Assembly (NCBI RefSeq): GCF_004010195.1
Contig: NC_057734.1
Span: forward strand, 9,464,938-9,528,937
Direction: 5' to 3'
DNA: 64,000 bases
DNA from: Chiloscyllium plagiosum
Taxonomy: Eukaryota
Of the stretch, positions 38,347 to 51,423 are shown piece by piece. A program made the position numbers and the translations under genes. Numbering within the stretch: position 1 is the first letter of the stretch; each line of letters starts with the position of its first letter. Under the pieces are notes generated by a model. It was not told where the DNA came from and ran no database searches. It was given only the letters and a program-made list of their open reading frames with translations.

Positions 38347-38999
38347 CTTTAAAAAAAGGATTAAATTTCTCAAAAAGAATTTATTTAGCTTTACAAGATA
38401 ATCTCCAATTCATACCAAAATAAAATTATTTGTAGCATATGACAAAGGGTGCAAATGAGAAATTATCCAATTGTGTGCAACCATATTTTAATCAGGACAC
38501 AGATTCAATTGAATTGTAGCTACCGGATATAACTATTCTTGTGTACGAATAATCACACCGGGATCATTTGGCAAGTTCAACAGAGATATAATGCTTAATA
38601 CACAAATTTTGCAGCAAGCATGCTATAATCCCGTTTCCTTTAAGTGAAAAATGAAATTGGTCATAAAATTCAAAGCAGCAGCTATAAAAATGCACTGATC
38701 ATACATCTGAATAACATTTTATGCTAACAGTCATCTCCATTCCATACTTTGTGATTTCGGACACATCAGTATCTTTCTATTAAAAAGGTAGCCTATTGCA
38801 AAATATACCTAGTCTCTTAACACAAGGCAAATTATTTCCATGTCTCTTCTTTCATTAATAGCTAAGTTTCTAGAAGGTATTTGATAAAGTGCCATGTCAA
38901 AGGTTATTTCAGAAAATAAAAGTTCATGCTTTAGGTGATAGAATCTAGGCATTGATGGAACATTGGGTTGCCAAAAGGTAGCAAACAGTAGACACAATC

Positions 39000-40810
39000 A
39001 GGTCTTTTTCCGGTTGGCAAAATACATGTGTGCTGCGTCACAGGGATTAGTGTTGGAACCTCATCTCTTTACAATTTATATAACTTATATGAAGGGACCA
39101 AGGGTATGATTGCTAAATTTACTGATGACACAAAGTAAGGCAGAAAGGTAAGCTGCGAAGAGAACCAACAGATGCTACATAGGGATACAGATACTTGAGT
39201 AGGCAAAGAACTGGCAAATAGAGTGTAATATGGAAAAGTGAAATTGACTAATTACTTTAAGAAATTTAAAATAAACTTATTACCTAAATAGTGAAAAGGA
39301 ATGCAGAGCTCTGCAAAGCAGAGGGATCTGGATGTCCTAGTGTATGGATCACAAAAGGGAAGTATGCAGGAACAAGGTGCCCTTGGTTAAAGTTGGAGCT
39401 GCATTCCTGGAAATTGCAACTTTAAGTGAAACAACTTGCAGTGAATCATGCTTTCCCAAAGCAACTAATGTTAAAATTAGAGTCAAGTTCCAGAGGACAA
39501 AGTTTATGTAGAGCAGCCAGGTGTTAAAGTTGAAACATTGCACCAGACGTGTGCAGCACTATACATTCCTGGTTGAAATAACATGCAAAATAAAACAAGG
39601 AAAACTTCAGTGAAAAGAAAGCAGGCTCCATTCTTATAGAGAAGTCTTTAAAGTAAATTTACAGTCCTGGCCGAGTGCAAGTTCCTCGACCACTGTGCCT
39701 CTATCTGTAAAGTAGAAAATTATTTTAAATAAATAATTGACCGCAGTTCTTCCATTAGTATAGATAGAAACAGAAATTTTAAAAACTAAGATTGAAAATG
39801 AAGTTTACTTCAGCACCCAAGCAGAGAAATTTTTAAACAAACAAAATTTTTTGACTGTAGGACACAAACAGTTTTCGAGTGTGGTGCTGGAAAAGCACAG
39901 CAGGTCAGGCAGCACCGAGAAGAAGGAGAATCGATGTTTCGGGCATAAGCCCTTCATCAGGAATCGCCTACCCTTCAGATGCTGCCTGACCTGCTGTGCT
40001 TTTCCAGCACCACACTCCCGACTCTGATATCCAATGTCTGCTGTCCTCACTTTCTCCCATAAAGTCAGTGGTGTCAGCTCTAGCAGCACAAGTGGAGGTG
40101 TATGCTTTATACACAATGAAAATAGATATGACCAGGAATTAAGGAATGTTAAAAGTGGAATGATACTTTAAATGGGAGAACATTTTAAACATATTAAAGC
40201 GAAGACAAGTTTTAAAGAAAATTAAAACGAAGTCTCCCTCCACAGTAAATAATGAGGAAAGCTATTAGGATGTTATAATTTATTGCAAGGGAAATTCAAC
40301 ACAAAAAGAGGGAGATATCATTCAGATATACAGGGTACTAATGAAGCCACATCTAGAAATATTATGTAGAATACTGGTTGCCTTGATTTAGGAAGGATGT
40401 AAATATATTGTAAACAGTTCATAGAAAGTTTACCAAACTAATACTTTGGAGTGGGAGGCAGTCTGATAAGGAAAGGTTGGACAGGGCTTACTCTCCTGAA
40501 CTCTACTGGATGCAAGTTGTGATTGTTTTGAAGTACAAGATCATGCAAGGTTTTCACAGGGTAAATGTGGAGAGGATGTTTCAACAATTAGGAATCACTG
40601 TTTAAAAATTAGAGATCTCAAATTTAACATAGATGAGGCAATTGTTTTCTCTCAGAATGCTGAGTTGTTAAAACTCTTTTTCTGAAAAGGTGGCAGAAGC
40701 CAAGTCCTTTAAGAAGGTCGTCAGGGATAGATGAATTTTAGATTATAGTCAGATCAACCATGGTCTTACTGAATGGTGGTGCAATCTCGAGGACAGAATG
40801 GCCTCCTCCT
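39000..40810 (+). mobile_element. degenerate CR1 RT/3' region (39000-39370 and 40200-40810) split by later insertions
   Basis: cacagggattagtgttggaacc (QGSVLGP-like), gctaaatttactgatgacacaaag (KFADDTK-like), CR1-like 3' end gaatggcctcctcct; Penelope hairpin at 39870-40060. Confidence 0.65.
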
Positions 40811-41258
40811 TACTTTTTTTATGTAGTTTTAAACTAAGTTTACCTGGGGAGAGGCAATCAACATTAGCAGAAAACAGACTTTTATCAACAGTCTGAAGAG
40901 GAAAACAAAAATCATTCCAGCAGTTAAAGTGTTAGTGAAATACTCAATAAGTTCACCATTTAGTTTTCTCCCCTGTACCTCCACTACGTTTTTAAAAAAA
41001 AAAATCTTAATTTTGATCCCTCTCCGACTACACCAAAGATAAAGATAGATGGAAGTTATTTCACACATGTACATGCATGGAATTGATCAGTGCACAAGTA
41101 TTTCCTTTTAAACTTATGTTTAACTTGCTTAATCCAGATGCCTGTTTAAATGATCTATAGATTTGTGTCAATTTATTACATTTTAGACCAAAGGAATGTT
41201 AACGTCATTAAAATTATTTTAGTTCAACCAATATCATTACAGAAAGAAACAGGACAAG

Positions 41259-41786
41259 CAGAGGAACCTCGATTATCCAAACATCAATTATCCGAATATC
41301 AGATTATCCAAAGGTGAGCTCTAAACCACCCTTCCCCAGATAATCTCTTCAATGATTCCCTGTACAGGGCAGAGGTGGAACCTGTCAAAAAGTTGTGCGC
41401 GCGTATGCATGTGCACTCCTTGGTGACTTACCCCACAAAGGCAGGAGCAGTCTTACTGTTGGTGTACAGCCCGGCTGCCCTGAAAGGGGTGGGTGGGGTG
41501 AGGGGGTGGTGGTGGTGGTCAGGCGGGGTGCATGGGCGCAAACGGGGGTCGGACAGTGGTGTGGGATTGGAGGCAAGCGGTGGCAGTGTTAGACGGGATT
41601 GGGGTCAGGTGGGGGTGGGGTGGGACCGGGCAGGGTCTCATGCACAGTGTGATTTTGCCTTGTCTCCTGAATGGGGAGCAGACTTCACAAAAACTCCAAC
41701 CCCCAGAGGGAATCAATTAACCGAATAATCAATTACCAAACGAAATAGTGCCTGCCCATCTCGTTCGGATAATCAAGGTTCCTCTG
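41259..41786. mobile_element. MITE, same family as 15454-16122
   Basis: TIRs cagaggaacctcgattatcc / ggataatcaaggttcctctg, TA on the right side; shared internal cccttccccagataatctct block. Confidence 0.88.
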
Positions 41787-41844
41787 TATAAAAAAAAATG
41801 CAATTTCCACAGAAGTAAGACCCAAAAAAATGTGTAACACTTAC

Positions 41845-41909
41845 AAATCCAGTACAATGTAGAACGAGTCTTCAAAATCAAACACCTCCTCAATTTTGAT
41901 TATGCAAGG
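41845..41909 (-). CDS. CHEK2: CHEK2 coding exon 7
   Basis: 65 nt PCIIKIEEVFDFEDSFYIVLD(L); preceded by an 82-nt intron. Confidence 0.93.
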
Positions 41910-41991
41910 CTTTAAGAAAAAAAATTAACAGTATTTATCAATCAGAAATTAATATTTCAATACAATAAAGTAGACACTTTCTGTAACTTAC

Positions 41992-42060
41992 ATGGTCCAA
42001 TTTCTTCAGAATTTCAACTTCTGTTGCAACATTTGAAGTGGAACACTTTGCAGCAGCATC
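41992..42060 (-). CDS. CHEK2: CHEK2 coding exon 6
   Basis: ctctgcag| 69 nt DAAAKCSTSNVATEVEILKKLDH |gtaagt (alphaC helix). Confidence 0.9.
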
Positions 42061-43489
42061 CTGCAGAGGAACGGAATTTAATTAGAAACTTGAAATAAAA
42101 CAGTGCAATGCAAACAAGCTTGATTCACGTAGTATGAGAATGGCCAAAGTTTTAATCGATTGATCAAGACTGTTCGAAGCAGGAATGGTATGCATGAGAG
42201 GCAAGACTTCCAGCATCAAAATGAATTGTCAACTGTTCCATCACATGCAAATATTCTGGAATTGCAATTACATTTGGCAGCCTTTAATATATTAGCATAC
42301 TCCTCAGTAAGAGCAATTACTTTAGAGCAGGACACACCTACAGAAAAATGAGTACTATGAGATATACACTATCCCGCTCAGGAGATACATTGCATTTAAC
42401 AGCTTGTGGACAGAGTTTCAGGAGCAAACTGGCAAACAAAAGAATGGCTGAACAATTTTTAGATTGACTTGTACACAATGGAGACTGAAGAATTAACAGA
42501 ATATTTGGCATATTAGTTTACATGAAAACATTCCATACAGAATTTACAGCTACCTGGATATGTTTGTTAAATCTACTATCTGGTAGCTCAAGCAGTTCGC
42601 AGCTCTAGTGAAAAGTTCTGATCATTTCATTGTCAGAGCCCTCATGGTCACATACACTATTGATATTTAATTCAACAAGCACATACACATACTCACACTT
42701 GTTACAAATGGAAAAGCATGCATAGAAGAGAATAAAGTATATGAGATTGTAAAAAAGCCTGTGGTTGATTAAATAAAAAAGAATTCGGTTTTCACAATAA
42801 ATGTTCCTCCATTAGTTATTTAAATACATAATTTTCTTTCTAGTGAAAATTAGAAAGGATGCAGCCATCAACTTGGGTAACCAACAAGCATGGAGCCAGT
42901 AATCTAAATACTTTCTTTCTTGAGGCTTCTGACTTATGTCCCATGTCAAGTTCTGCTCCAAAAGGCACTAACTGTTGCTTGTAAATGCTATCAAAAGTAA
43001 ACTGGGCAATGTGGTCATTCTACAGGTATAAGCCTAAACACGTGAATGTCTGTTGACATCTCTAAAATGCCCTCATTAAATCACATCCAATCCCAGAAGC
43101 AGAGGACAGCGATATCAACTAATTATTGCCTCGGATGGTATCATCAAATTCAATACATTAAAAGGGAACAAATCAGACATTTAGGTTTGTGCGACATAAT
43201 AGCACATTGCTATTCATTTAGATGCTGAACATTGCCCGACACCAGTGAGGTTCGTCCAATCAGAATTATTACTCTGCCCCTGTAAAATGACGAGAATAAA
43301 TGTCACACTATAAAGCCATGAGACATATTGTAAATTACAAATCTCATTTCCCATTTCAACTTCTATTTGTGCATACAAACATATAATCTCGAAGTATGCG
43401 AAAAAAAATTGATAGAATAGCAGGTGCTAAACTTGGTCATAAGAGACACAAATTAAAAAAAAAATCAGTAAAGATCCTCCAACATTTTT

Positions 43490-46400
43490 TAAATGAATTC
43501 ATGGGATGTGGGCACTGCCGATTGGATCATTTTTGCCCATCCTTACCAGCCCTCGAGAAGGTGGTGGTGAGCTGCTTTTTTGTGGTGTATGTGTTGGAAT
43601 TCCCATGTAAATGCTGCTTTTTACTTCTAAATGGCAGTCATGGATCTGTAAGGTGTGGTCGAAAGAACTTCAATGAATTTCTGCAGTGCATTTTGTGGAT
43701 GGTACAAACTGCTACTACTGTGCACCTGTGGTGAAGGGACTAAATGTGCAACTTCTGTCTGTCAAGCAAACTGCTTCAGGTATCAAGCTTCTTGAGTGTT
43801 GCTGAAGCTGCACTTATCCATACAAACGGAGAATACTCCATCACATGCCTGACCTATGCCTTTTAGATAGTGGACAGCCTTTGGGAATTCTGGAAATGAG
43901 TTAATCACTGCAGGATTTGTGCACTCAGACATGCTCTTCAAGCATCAGTTTAATATGGCTAGTACAGATCAGTTTCCTGTCAATGGTAACACCCAGGATG
44001 ATGATACTGGCATTGCTATTGCTGAATCCGCCACATGACGGTTAGATTATTTCTTGTTGGAGACAGTTAATGCCCAGCACTGGTGGGACCCAGATTTACT
44101 TGGCACTTATCAGCTCAAACCTAATTACTGTCAAGGTCTTGTTAGATTTGGATATTATTAGTACAGGAGTCACAAATGTTGCTGAACTCTGTGCTGTTAT
44201 TAACAAATACCCCCACTTCTGGTTTCATGATGGACGGAAGGTCATTGGTGAAGGAGGTGAAGCTGGTCCAACCTAGAACAATATCCCAAAGAACCCCTGA
44301 AGAGATCATAGAGCTGAGAGGACTGACATCCAACAATCACAGCCATCTTTCTTTACTCCAGATTTTACTCCAGCGAGCAGAAAATTCTCCTCACAACCTC
44401 CCCCACCCCCACTCCAGTTTTGCCAGGGCTTCTTGATATAATTCTTGATCAAATACAGCCCTGATGTCAAAGGCAGTCAACTTCCACCTCAACTCTGGCA
44501 TTCAGATTTATTTTATCCACATTTAAACCATGGCTGAAATGAAGTTAGGAGCTGAATGGCCCAGTAAAGCCCAAACTGAGCATCAGTGAACAGATTATTG
44601 CTGAGCAGGATGCTACTGGATAGCACTGCTGATTATCCTGCCATCACTCTCCTGATGATCTCGAGAAGACTGATGGGGCTGTAAACAGCTGGGTTGGATT
44701 TGCCCTGATTTGTATGCACTACAAAACTGGTTGATTAACTACCTTGTCAGATAAGTGTTGGTATTGTAGCTGCTTTGGAACAGCTTGGCTAGTGGTGAAG
44801 CAAGTTTTAGAGCACATCATCAGTATCATTACTGGAATACTATCAAGGCCCATTGCCTTTGCAAACTAGTGCCTTCAGCCATTTTGTGATATCACATGCA
44901 ATTGATCAAACTGGCCAAAGAATTCCAGATTCTGGAAATCAGAAACAAAATCATAAATTGCAGATAAAGCTCAGCAGGTCTGGTAGCATCACAGAGAGAA
45001 AGTAGACAATGTTTCAGGTCCAGTGACACTCCTTCAGATATTTTATCTACTCATCACATCTGGCTGAATATTGCTGGAAATGCTTCAACCTTATATTTTG
45101 CACCAATGTATTATGTTCCCCCTTTATTAAGGATGGAGATACTTATGGCATCTTCTCCTCCAGTGAGTTGTTCAATTGTCCACAATCATTCACGACTGTA
45201 TGTAATCGAACTACAGAATTTAAATTTATTCCATTGTTTGTGGAACTGCTTAGCTCAGTCTGTCACTTGCTGCTTATGCTGTCCGACCTGCTAGTCCAGA
45301 TCTGTTGCTTCACCAACTGACACTTCGTTTTTAGATATTCTTGGCACTGCTCCTGGTAAGTCATCCTGCACTTTTCAATAAAGCAGGTTGAACTCCTAGC
45401 TTGACAATAATGGCAGCGCAGGGGATTTTCCAAATCATCAGGTTGCAGATTGTGTTGAAATACAATTGTGCTTCTGCTGATTGCCCACAGCACCACTTGG
45501 ATGCCTAGTCAAGTTGCTAAACATGTTTGAAGTCCATCATTTAGCATGGTGATAATGTGACACAACAGGACGGAGGAGATCCTCAGTATGAAGACAGGAT
45601 TTAGTCTTCACGTGGGCTTTGCAGTGATCAGTCTGTCAGGGACACATGCATCTGTGGCAGGCAGATTAGAGAAGATGAAATCAAGTAGTTTTTCCCTCTT
45701 GTTTACTCTGTCACCACCTGCTTCAGACTCAATCTAGCAGCTATGTCTTTTAGGGCCCAACAAGCTTCATCAGTCATGTGCTCATGGTGATAGACAATGA
45801 AGTCCCTCAGCCAGAGTACATTCTGCAGCCTTGCCACCTTCAGTGCATCCTGCAAGTGGTGTTCAACATGGATGACTATTCATTCATCAACAGAAGTGGT
45901 GGGGTATCACATGGTGACCAGCAGGAGGCTTCCTTGACCATGTTTGACCTGGGGGCTTCCCGAAGTCCACAATCAATGTTGAGGACTCAAAGGACAACTC
46001 ACATTCTGACTGTATAAACAATGCTATCACCTCTGGTGAGTTTACCATGTTAGTGAGACAGGACATTCTGGGAGATGCTTTGTTTCCCGGAACAGTGTGT
46101 GCAAGTATACTTGCACAAGTATGACTGTCAAACACAACAACCTGACTAATTGGAGACATCTTTCTCAATTTTGGCATTAGCCCCCAGATATTGAGGATGA
46201 CAACTTTTCATAATCAACCAGGCTGAGTTTGACATTGTGCCTTCATCAATATTATGGTTTCATTTCTTTTTAAGACATTTTAAGCAAACAACAGAGAGGT
46301 TTCCTAGGCCATTTCACAGGGTCGACAATATTGCTGTGTGCTTGGAGTTACATTTAATAACAGAAAACGGTTATTAAATGTAACCAGATGAGTTTTCACA

Positions 46401-46560
46401 ATAATATTTCATGGTCATTATTAGACTTTCAGTCCCAGCTTTTATTGAATTTAAATTCCATCTGCTGCGATGGGTTTCAGACCCAGGTCCCCGAAACATT
46501 ACCTGGGTCTCTGGATTACCAATCCAGCAACAATGTTATCACGTCAATACTACCCCAGAT
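43490..46560 (-). mobile_element. old CR1/L2-group LINE (degenerate) plus SINE with related tail
   Basis: ORF 44142-44336(-) GVLWDIVLGWTSFTSFTNDLPSIMKPEVGVFVNN is a decayed GVPQGSVLGP..FINDLP..FADD RT motif; tail gagaaggtggtggtgagctgc. Confidence 0.7.
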
Positions 46561-46726
46561 TGCATTTAGATGTTTTGGCTCCAACTGAGGAAGTTACTTT
46601 TCAGTTGTGGTTGATATATTGTTTTCTCCTAGAATCACTCATGTAGAAAATTTAACAGTCTTTAGTAGAAGCCCTCACTCTGCTGTAGAGATCTGTATGA
46701 TATCCCTGAAGCAGGGTTCAGAACTT

Positions 46727-46992
46727 AATCACAGTATCCCTACATTGTGGAAGCAGTTTATTTGGCTCATCGAGTCCACACCAACCCTCGAAAGAGCATC
46801 CAACCCAGACCCTTGCCCCCTATAACTCCACAGCCAATCTACCGAATTTGCACATCTTTGGACTGTCAGAAACCGACCCAGGCAGGGGGAGAATGCGCAA
46901 ATTCCACACAGACAGTTGCCCTAGGGTGGAATTGAGCCCGGGGCCCTGGCATTATGAGGCAGCAGTGCTAATCACAACCACCATGCTGCCCC
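46727..46992 (-). mobile_element. HE1-like V-SINE
   Basis: inverse of the 8786 element head (gaggcagcagtgctaatcac, attccacacagac) plus CR1-like tail. Confidence 0.75.
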
Positions 46993-47514
46993 AACTTGGA
47001 TGGAATTAAGGGGAGAAAGGTATAGCAATTCAGCCACCCTGCTATAATATCATTCCCTGTTGCCCAATTCAAAAGTCTAAAACCCAAAACACTAAAAGGA
47101 TATTTTGTGACGTGCTCTCCATGCTGATTGTGTATTTCATACAACAAAGATCAACTCTGCCTTGCATAGCCTCTCTTTAGCCATTGCTTCACAGCAAAGA
47201 TAATTAATTTTTAATACAGGAAATTACTTTTTGACCAAATAATTCCCCCATACCTTGTTGAGAATTCCCTATCATGTTCTGGACAGAACATCTTCATAAC
47301 ACTAGCTCCCATCCGACCCATTCAACCACAGATTCCAACCAGTTCTTAATGAACTGCAAGGTTCAGTATTCACAATGTCTGTTAGAGACTACTGCCAGAT
47401 TTTAATCCTAAACTTGTTCATCAACAGTTGCAGTCTTTGCTCCTGGCACTATTTTCACAGCATACTTTGAATAGTGTCCAGATTTCTACTCAGTTTAATA
47501 ACTTGCATAGCAAG

Positions 47515-48620
47515 AAGGCTTGAAAAGTACAACAGGTCATGCAGCATCCGAGGAACAGGAGAATAGACGTTTCGGGCATAAGCCCTTCATCAGGAATGTG
47601 GGGAATGGGGAGAAGGGGGCTGAGGGATATATTGGTGGTGGTGGTGGTGGGATAGGGGGAAGCTGGAAAGGCAATAGGTGTTTGTAGGTGGGGGATGATG
47701 ATGATGATAGGTCAGAATGGAGGGTGGAACAGACAGGTGGGAAGGTGGAGAGGTGGGACAGTTCAAGAGGGTGGTGCAGAGTTGGAGGGTTGGATCTGGG
47801 ATGGTGGGGGAAAAAAAAAGAGAAGGGAGTTGAGGAAACTGGTGAAATAGATGTTGATGCCATGTGGTTGGAGAGTCCCACAGTGGAAGATGAGGCATTC
47901 TTTCTCCAGGCATCAGGTAACTAGGATTTGGCGGTGGAGACAGCCCAGGACTTTCATGTCCTTGGCGGAGTGGTGGTGGTGGCGCCGGCAGCGACAGGGG
48001 GTGGAGGTGGTTGAAGTGGACAGCCACAAGGCGGTAGGGTTATTTGACACATTGTTCTCAGAAACGTTTCACAAGTTGGCATCTTGTCTCTTCAATGTAG
48101 AGGAGACCACAGCAAAAGCAACAGATACAGTACATGAGGTGTATGGATGCTCATGAAAATCTCTGCTGGATGTGGAAGGACCCTTTGGGGCCTTGGATGC
48201 AGGTGAGGGGGGGGCGCAGGTTTTACACCTTTTGCAGTGGTATGGGAAGGTGTCAGGAATGGAGGGTTGGTTGGTGGGGTGTGTGGACCTAACAATGGAG
48301 TCTCGGAGGGAATGGTCTATGCGGAATGCTGATAGGGATGGGGAGAGAAATATATCTCTGGTGGTGGGGTCTGACTATTGGTGGCAGAAATAGCTGAGTA
48401 TGATGTGCTGTATCTGGAGATTGGTGGGTGGAAGGTGAGGACCAGGAGGGTTCTAATCTTGTTGCGGTTGGAGTGGTGGGGTTCAAGTGTTGAGGTGCGG
48501 GATTAGGAGGATATGCGCGAGAGGGCATTGTTGACCACATGAGGGGAAATTGTGATCCTTGAAGTAGGAGGCCATCTGGGATGTTCCGGAGTGGAACTGC
48601 ACCTCCTGGGGGAGAGACAC
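47515..48620 (-). mobile_element. Penelope-like (Neptune-type) retroelement, 3' part with decayed GIY-YIG endonuclease
   Basis: minus strand gives IQGPKGSFHIQQRF..LMYCICCFCCGLLYIEETRCQL; terminus contains ctgatgaagggcttatgcccgaaacgtc. Confidence 0.85.
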
Positions 48621-48736
48621 TGCCGAGCCAGAGAAGGCTCCCTCACTTTAATGGTGTTAAACGCCTTTGGCTTCAAAACAAAATACATTTAGATTAGATT
48701 ACACAGATACTGTGCAATTCATTTGGTCATACTTAC

Positions 48737-48845
48737 GCCTCGTTCAGACACAAGTTGTGCAAATTTGGGTTTATGTACAATCTTCACAGCTACTTTCTTG
48801 CAGTTTGCCTTTTCAAATGCCAGCTTCACTTCTCCACAAACACCT
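48737..48845 (-). CDS. CHEK2: CHEK2 coding exon 5 (Gly-rich loop, VAVK lysine)
   Basis: 109 nt [36 protein letters not shown]. Confidence 0.96.
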
Positions 48846-49521
48846 CTGCAGCATTAAAAATATTGTAAAATTAGAAATTAATCCAAATTACATATTGAAG
48901 GATAAGACAAACTGCACATAAACCTAAGCTACAGAAGGGACTTGTCTTCCTCACACTGAAGATTATACCTGCTGACAATATAACAATTTGCAAGTGCAGT
49001 GCTGGGACTCCTTGTCTACAAGTTTGAGATGAAAATTTATAAAATTGGATAGCTCTCTACTTCAATATATGAAGAGCTAAACTGAAATAAGAAATTGCAG
49101 AGTTTATAAATGGCACTCAGACTTATTAGTAATAAAATCAATTCAAGAAGAATATACTGTCCATCCTTCATTTTAAATGGTGTAGTTCCACAACAAAAAA
49201 AACTGAGTATTATAGCTCAGAGCTTGTTTACACTACTGTGGGAAAAGATCTGCCACCCTGCCTACTCACAGTACGCCCACACAGAATGTAGGAAATCAAA
49301 CTTGGCCAAACTGTACCAGAAGCACCCAGAATGCCTCAGCATTGACCAACAAGCTGACAAGTGGAACCAGACAGAACCATAGTCACTCGCAGACAAGGGA
49401 ATACAGTTCCCAAAACACACTAACAATAAGCTTCCTGGACCCGGTCAGCACAGCTGTCCCAAAGCCCAAGGGAAGTCTGAAAACACAGGAATACCAAAGC
49501 CACACAAAGGACAGGTCAGAG

Positions 49522-50405
49522 CTTGAGAGAAGATTTGTAGCTCGGGTGCTCGTTGTGGTTCTGTTCACCGAGCTGGGAATTTGTGTTGCAGACGTTTCGT
49601 CCCCTGGCTTGGTAACATCCTCAATGCTTGGGAGCCTCCTGTGAAGCGTTTCTGTGATCTTTCCTCCGGCATTTATAGTGATTTGTATCTGCCGCTTCTG
49701 GTTGTCAGTTCCAGCTGTCCGCTGCAGTGGTCGGTATATTGGGTCCAGATCGATGTGCTTATTGATAGAATCTGTGGATGAGTGCCATGCCTCTAGGAAT
49801 TCCCTGGCTGTTCTCGGTTTGGCTTGTCCTATAATAGTACTGTTGTCCCAGTCGAACTCATGTGACTTGTCATCTGAGTGTGTGGCTACTAAGGACAGCT
49901 GGTGTGTCGTTTCGTGGCTAGTTGGTATTCATGGATGCGGATCATTAGCTGTCTTCCAGTTTTTCCTATGTAGTGTTTTGTACACTACATTGATTTTGCT
50001 CATGCTGGGTATCGGGTCCTTCGTCCTGGCGAGTTGTTGTCTGAGAGTGGCTGTTGGTTTGTGTGCTGTTAGGAGTTCTAGTGGTCGCAGTAGTCTGGCT
50101 GTCAGTTCGGAAATGCTCTTTATGTATGGTAGTGTGGCTAGTCCTTTGGGTTGCGGCATGTCCTCGTTCCGTTGTCTTTCCCTTAGGCATCTGTTGATGA
50201 AATTGTGCGGGTATCCGTTTTTGGCGAATACATTGTATAGATGTTCTTCTTCCTCTTTTTGCAGTTCTGGTGTACTGCAGTGTGTTGAGGCCCTTTTGAA
50301 TAGTGTCTTGATGCAACTTCTTTGGGTGTGTTGGGGTGGTTGCTTTCGTAGTTCAGGACTTGGTCTGTGTGTGTGGCTTTCCTGTATACCTTTGTGGTGT
50401 ATCCT
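49522..50405 (-). mobile_element. Penelope-like (Poseidon-type) retroelement, truncated
   Basis: minus strand YRKATHTDQVLNYESNHP...NGYPHNFIN...LPYIKSISELTARLLRP...HKPTATLRQQL..KDP..NVVYK = PLE RT thumb/linker leading into GIY-YIG. Confidence 0.92.
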
Positions 50406-50997
50406 CAGCTCAAGGAAGAAAACCCTTTATCCACCTGTACAGACGGTCAGTTCTGTGTCAGCCTCATCAATTTCTCTTCTAGCGATATCACTTGTAACAA
50501 ACAGCTTATCAATTTCACCCAATCTGTCTTGTGTGGTCTCTGCTTTATTGCGCTAATTTCTCCAACAGCAACATTAATTTATTCAGTCAATACATTTTCT
50601 ACTTGATGCTAGATTCGTTTTTTTTCAAATTAGGTGGGGAATAGCATTGAACAACTGGAGTTGCTTCCCTCATCACGATCCAGGTAACTTTACTAAAAGT
50701 GTAGTCAGTTCAGTTGAAATGCTTCTTCCTCCAAAAAGGTACCCCATGCAAACTTAGATCACATAGATGAATGATCATTTTGGGAAAGTAGAGAAGAATC
50801 CAAGAGTTCAGCAAATCTTTGAAAAAGGAAATATTAAACTGCTGCTAATAGGAATATCCAAGCACTGCAGAAAATAATGATCTCAACTGGCTTCTTTTCC
50901 AGTTGGTTACTGTCTGGTGTTTTCCTAACAATTGTACAGTTGTCGGTAAGAATATTACAATATTCTAGAGCTTGAATGAAAGATAACTTATACTTAC

Positions 50998-51088
50998 GAG
51001 CCAAGAGGTTTTGAAATGATGTATTTATCCCGGAACTCTTTTGGCAAGTTCAATTGGTCATCAGTTGTGAGGTCAGAAAAGACAAAAA
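50998..51088 (-). CDS. CHEK2: CHEK2 coding exon 4
   Basis: 91 nt (V)FVFSDLTTDDQLNLPKEFRDKYIISKPLG(S). Confidence 0.95.
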
Positions 51089-51423
51089 CTAGAAGTAGAA
51101 ACATAGAGTAAATCATCTGCCTCATTTAAAACACTGTTTTACAGAAACCTTCCATTTTTTAGCTAACTGACCTGTAATCAACTTAATTAAGAGCTGTCCC
51201 ACATTCCAGCTTTGCCCAGTCTAGAGTAGAGCAATAAGGAGGGAGTTCAACAATAATCCAAAAGACTGGCCATAGAAATACCATGTTGAATCACTGATAG
51301 GCAAGAATTGATTTCTAATGATCTGGCAACAGTAAACAACAAAATGTGGTTGAGGGGGCCAGATTAATAGTCACCCAGGTGTTAGAGGAAGTTTTTCATC
51401 CTATCACTTTCTTTGGGCAATTA

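Noticed and set aside
49654-50556. 300-aa + strand ORF, the longest in the window
   Set aside because: It is the antisense shadow of the minus-strand Penelope ORF, with Ser/Cys/Leu-rich composition and no domain
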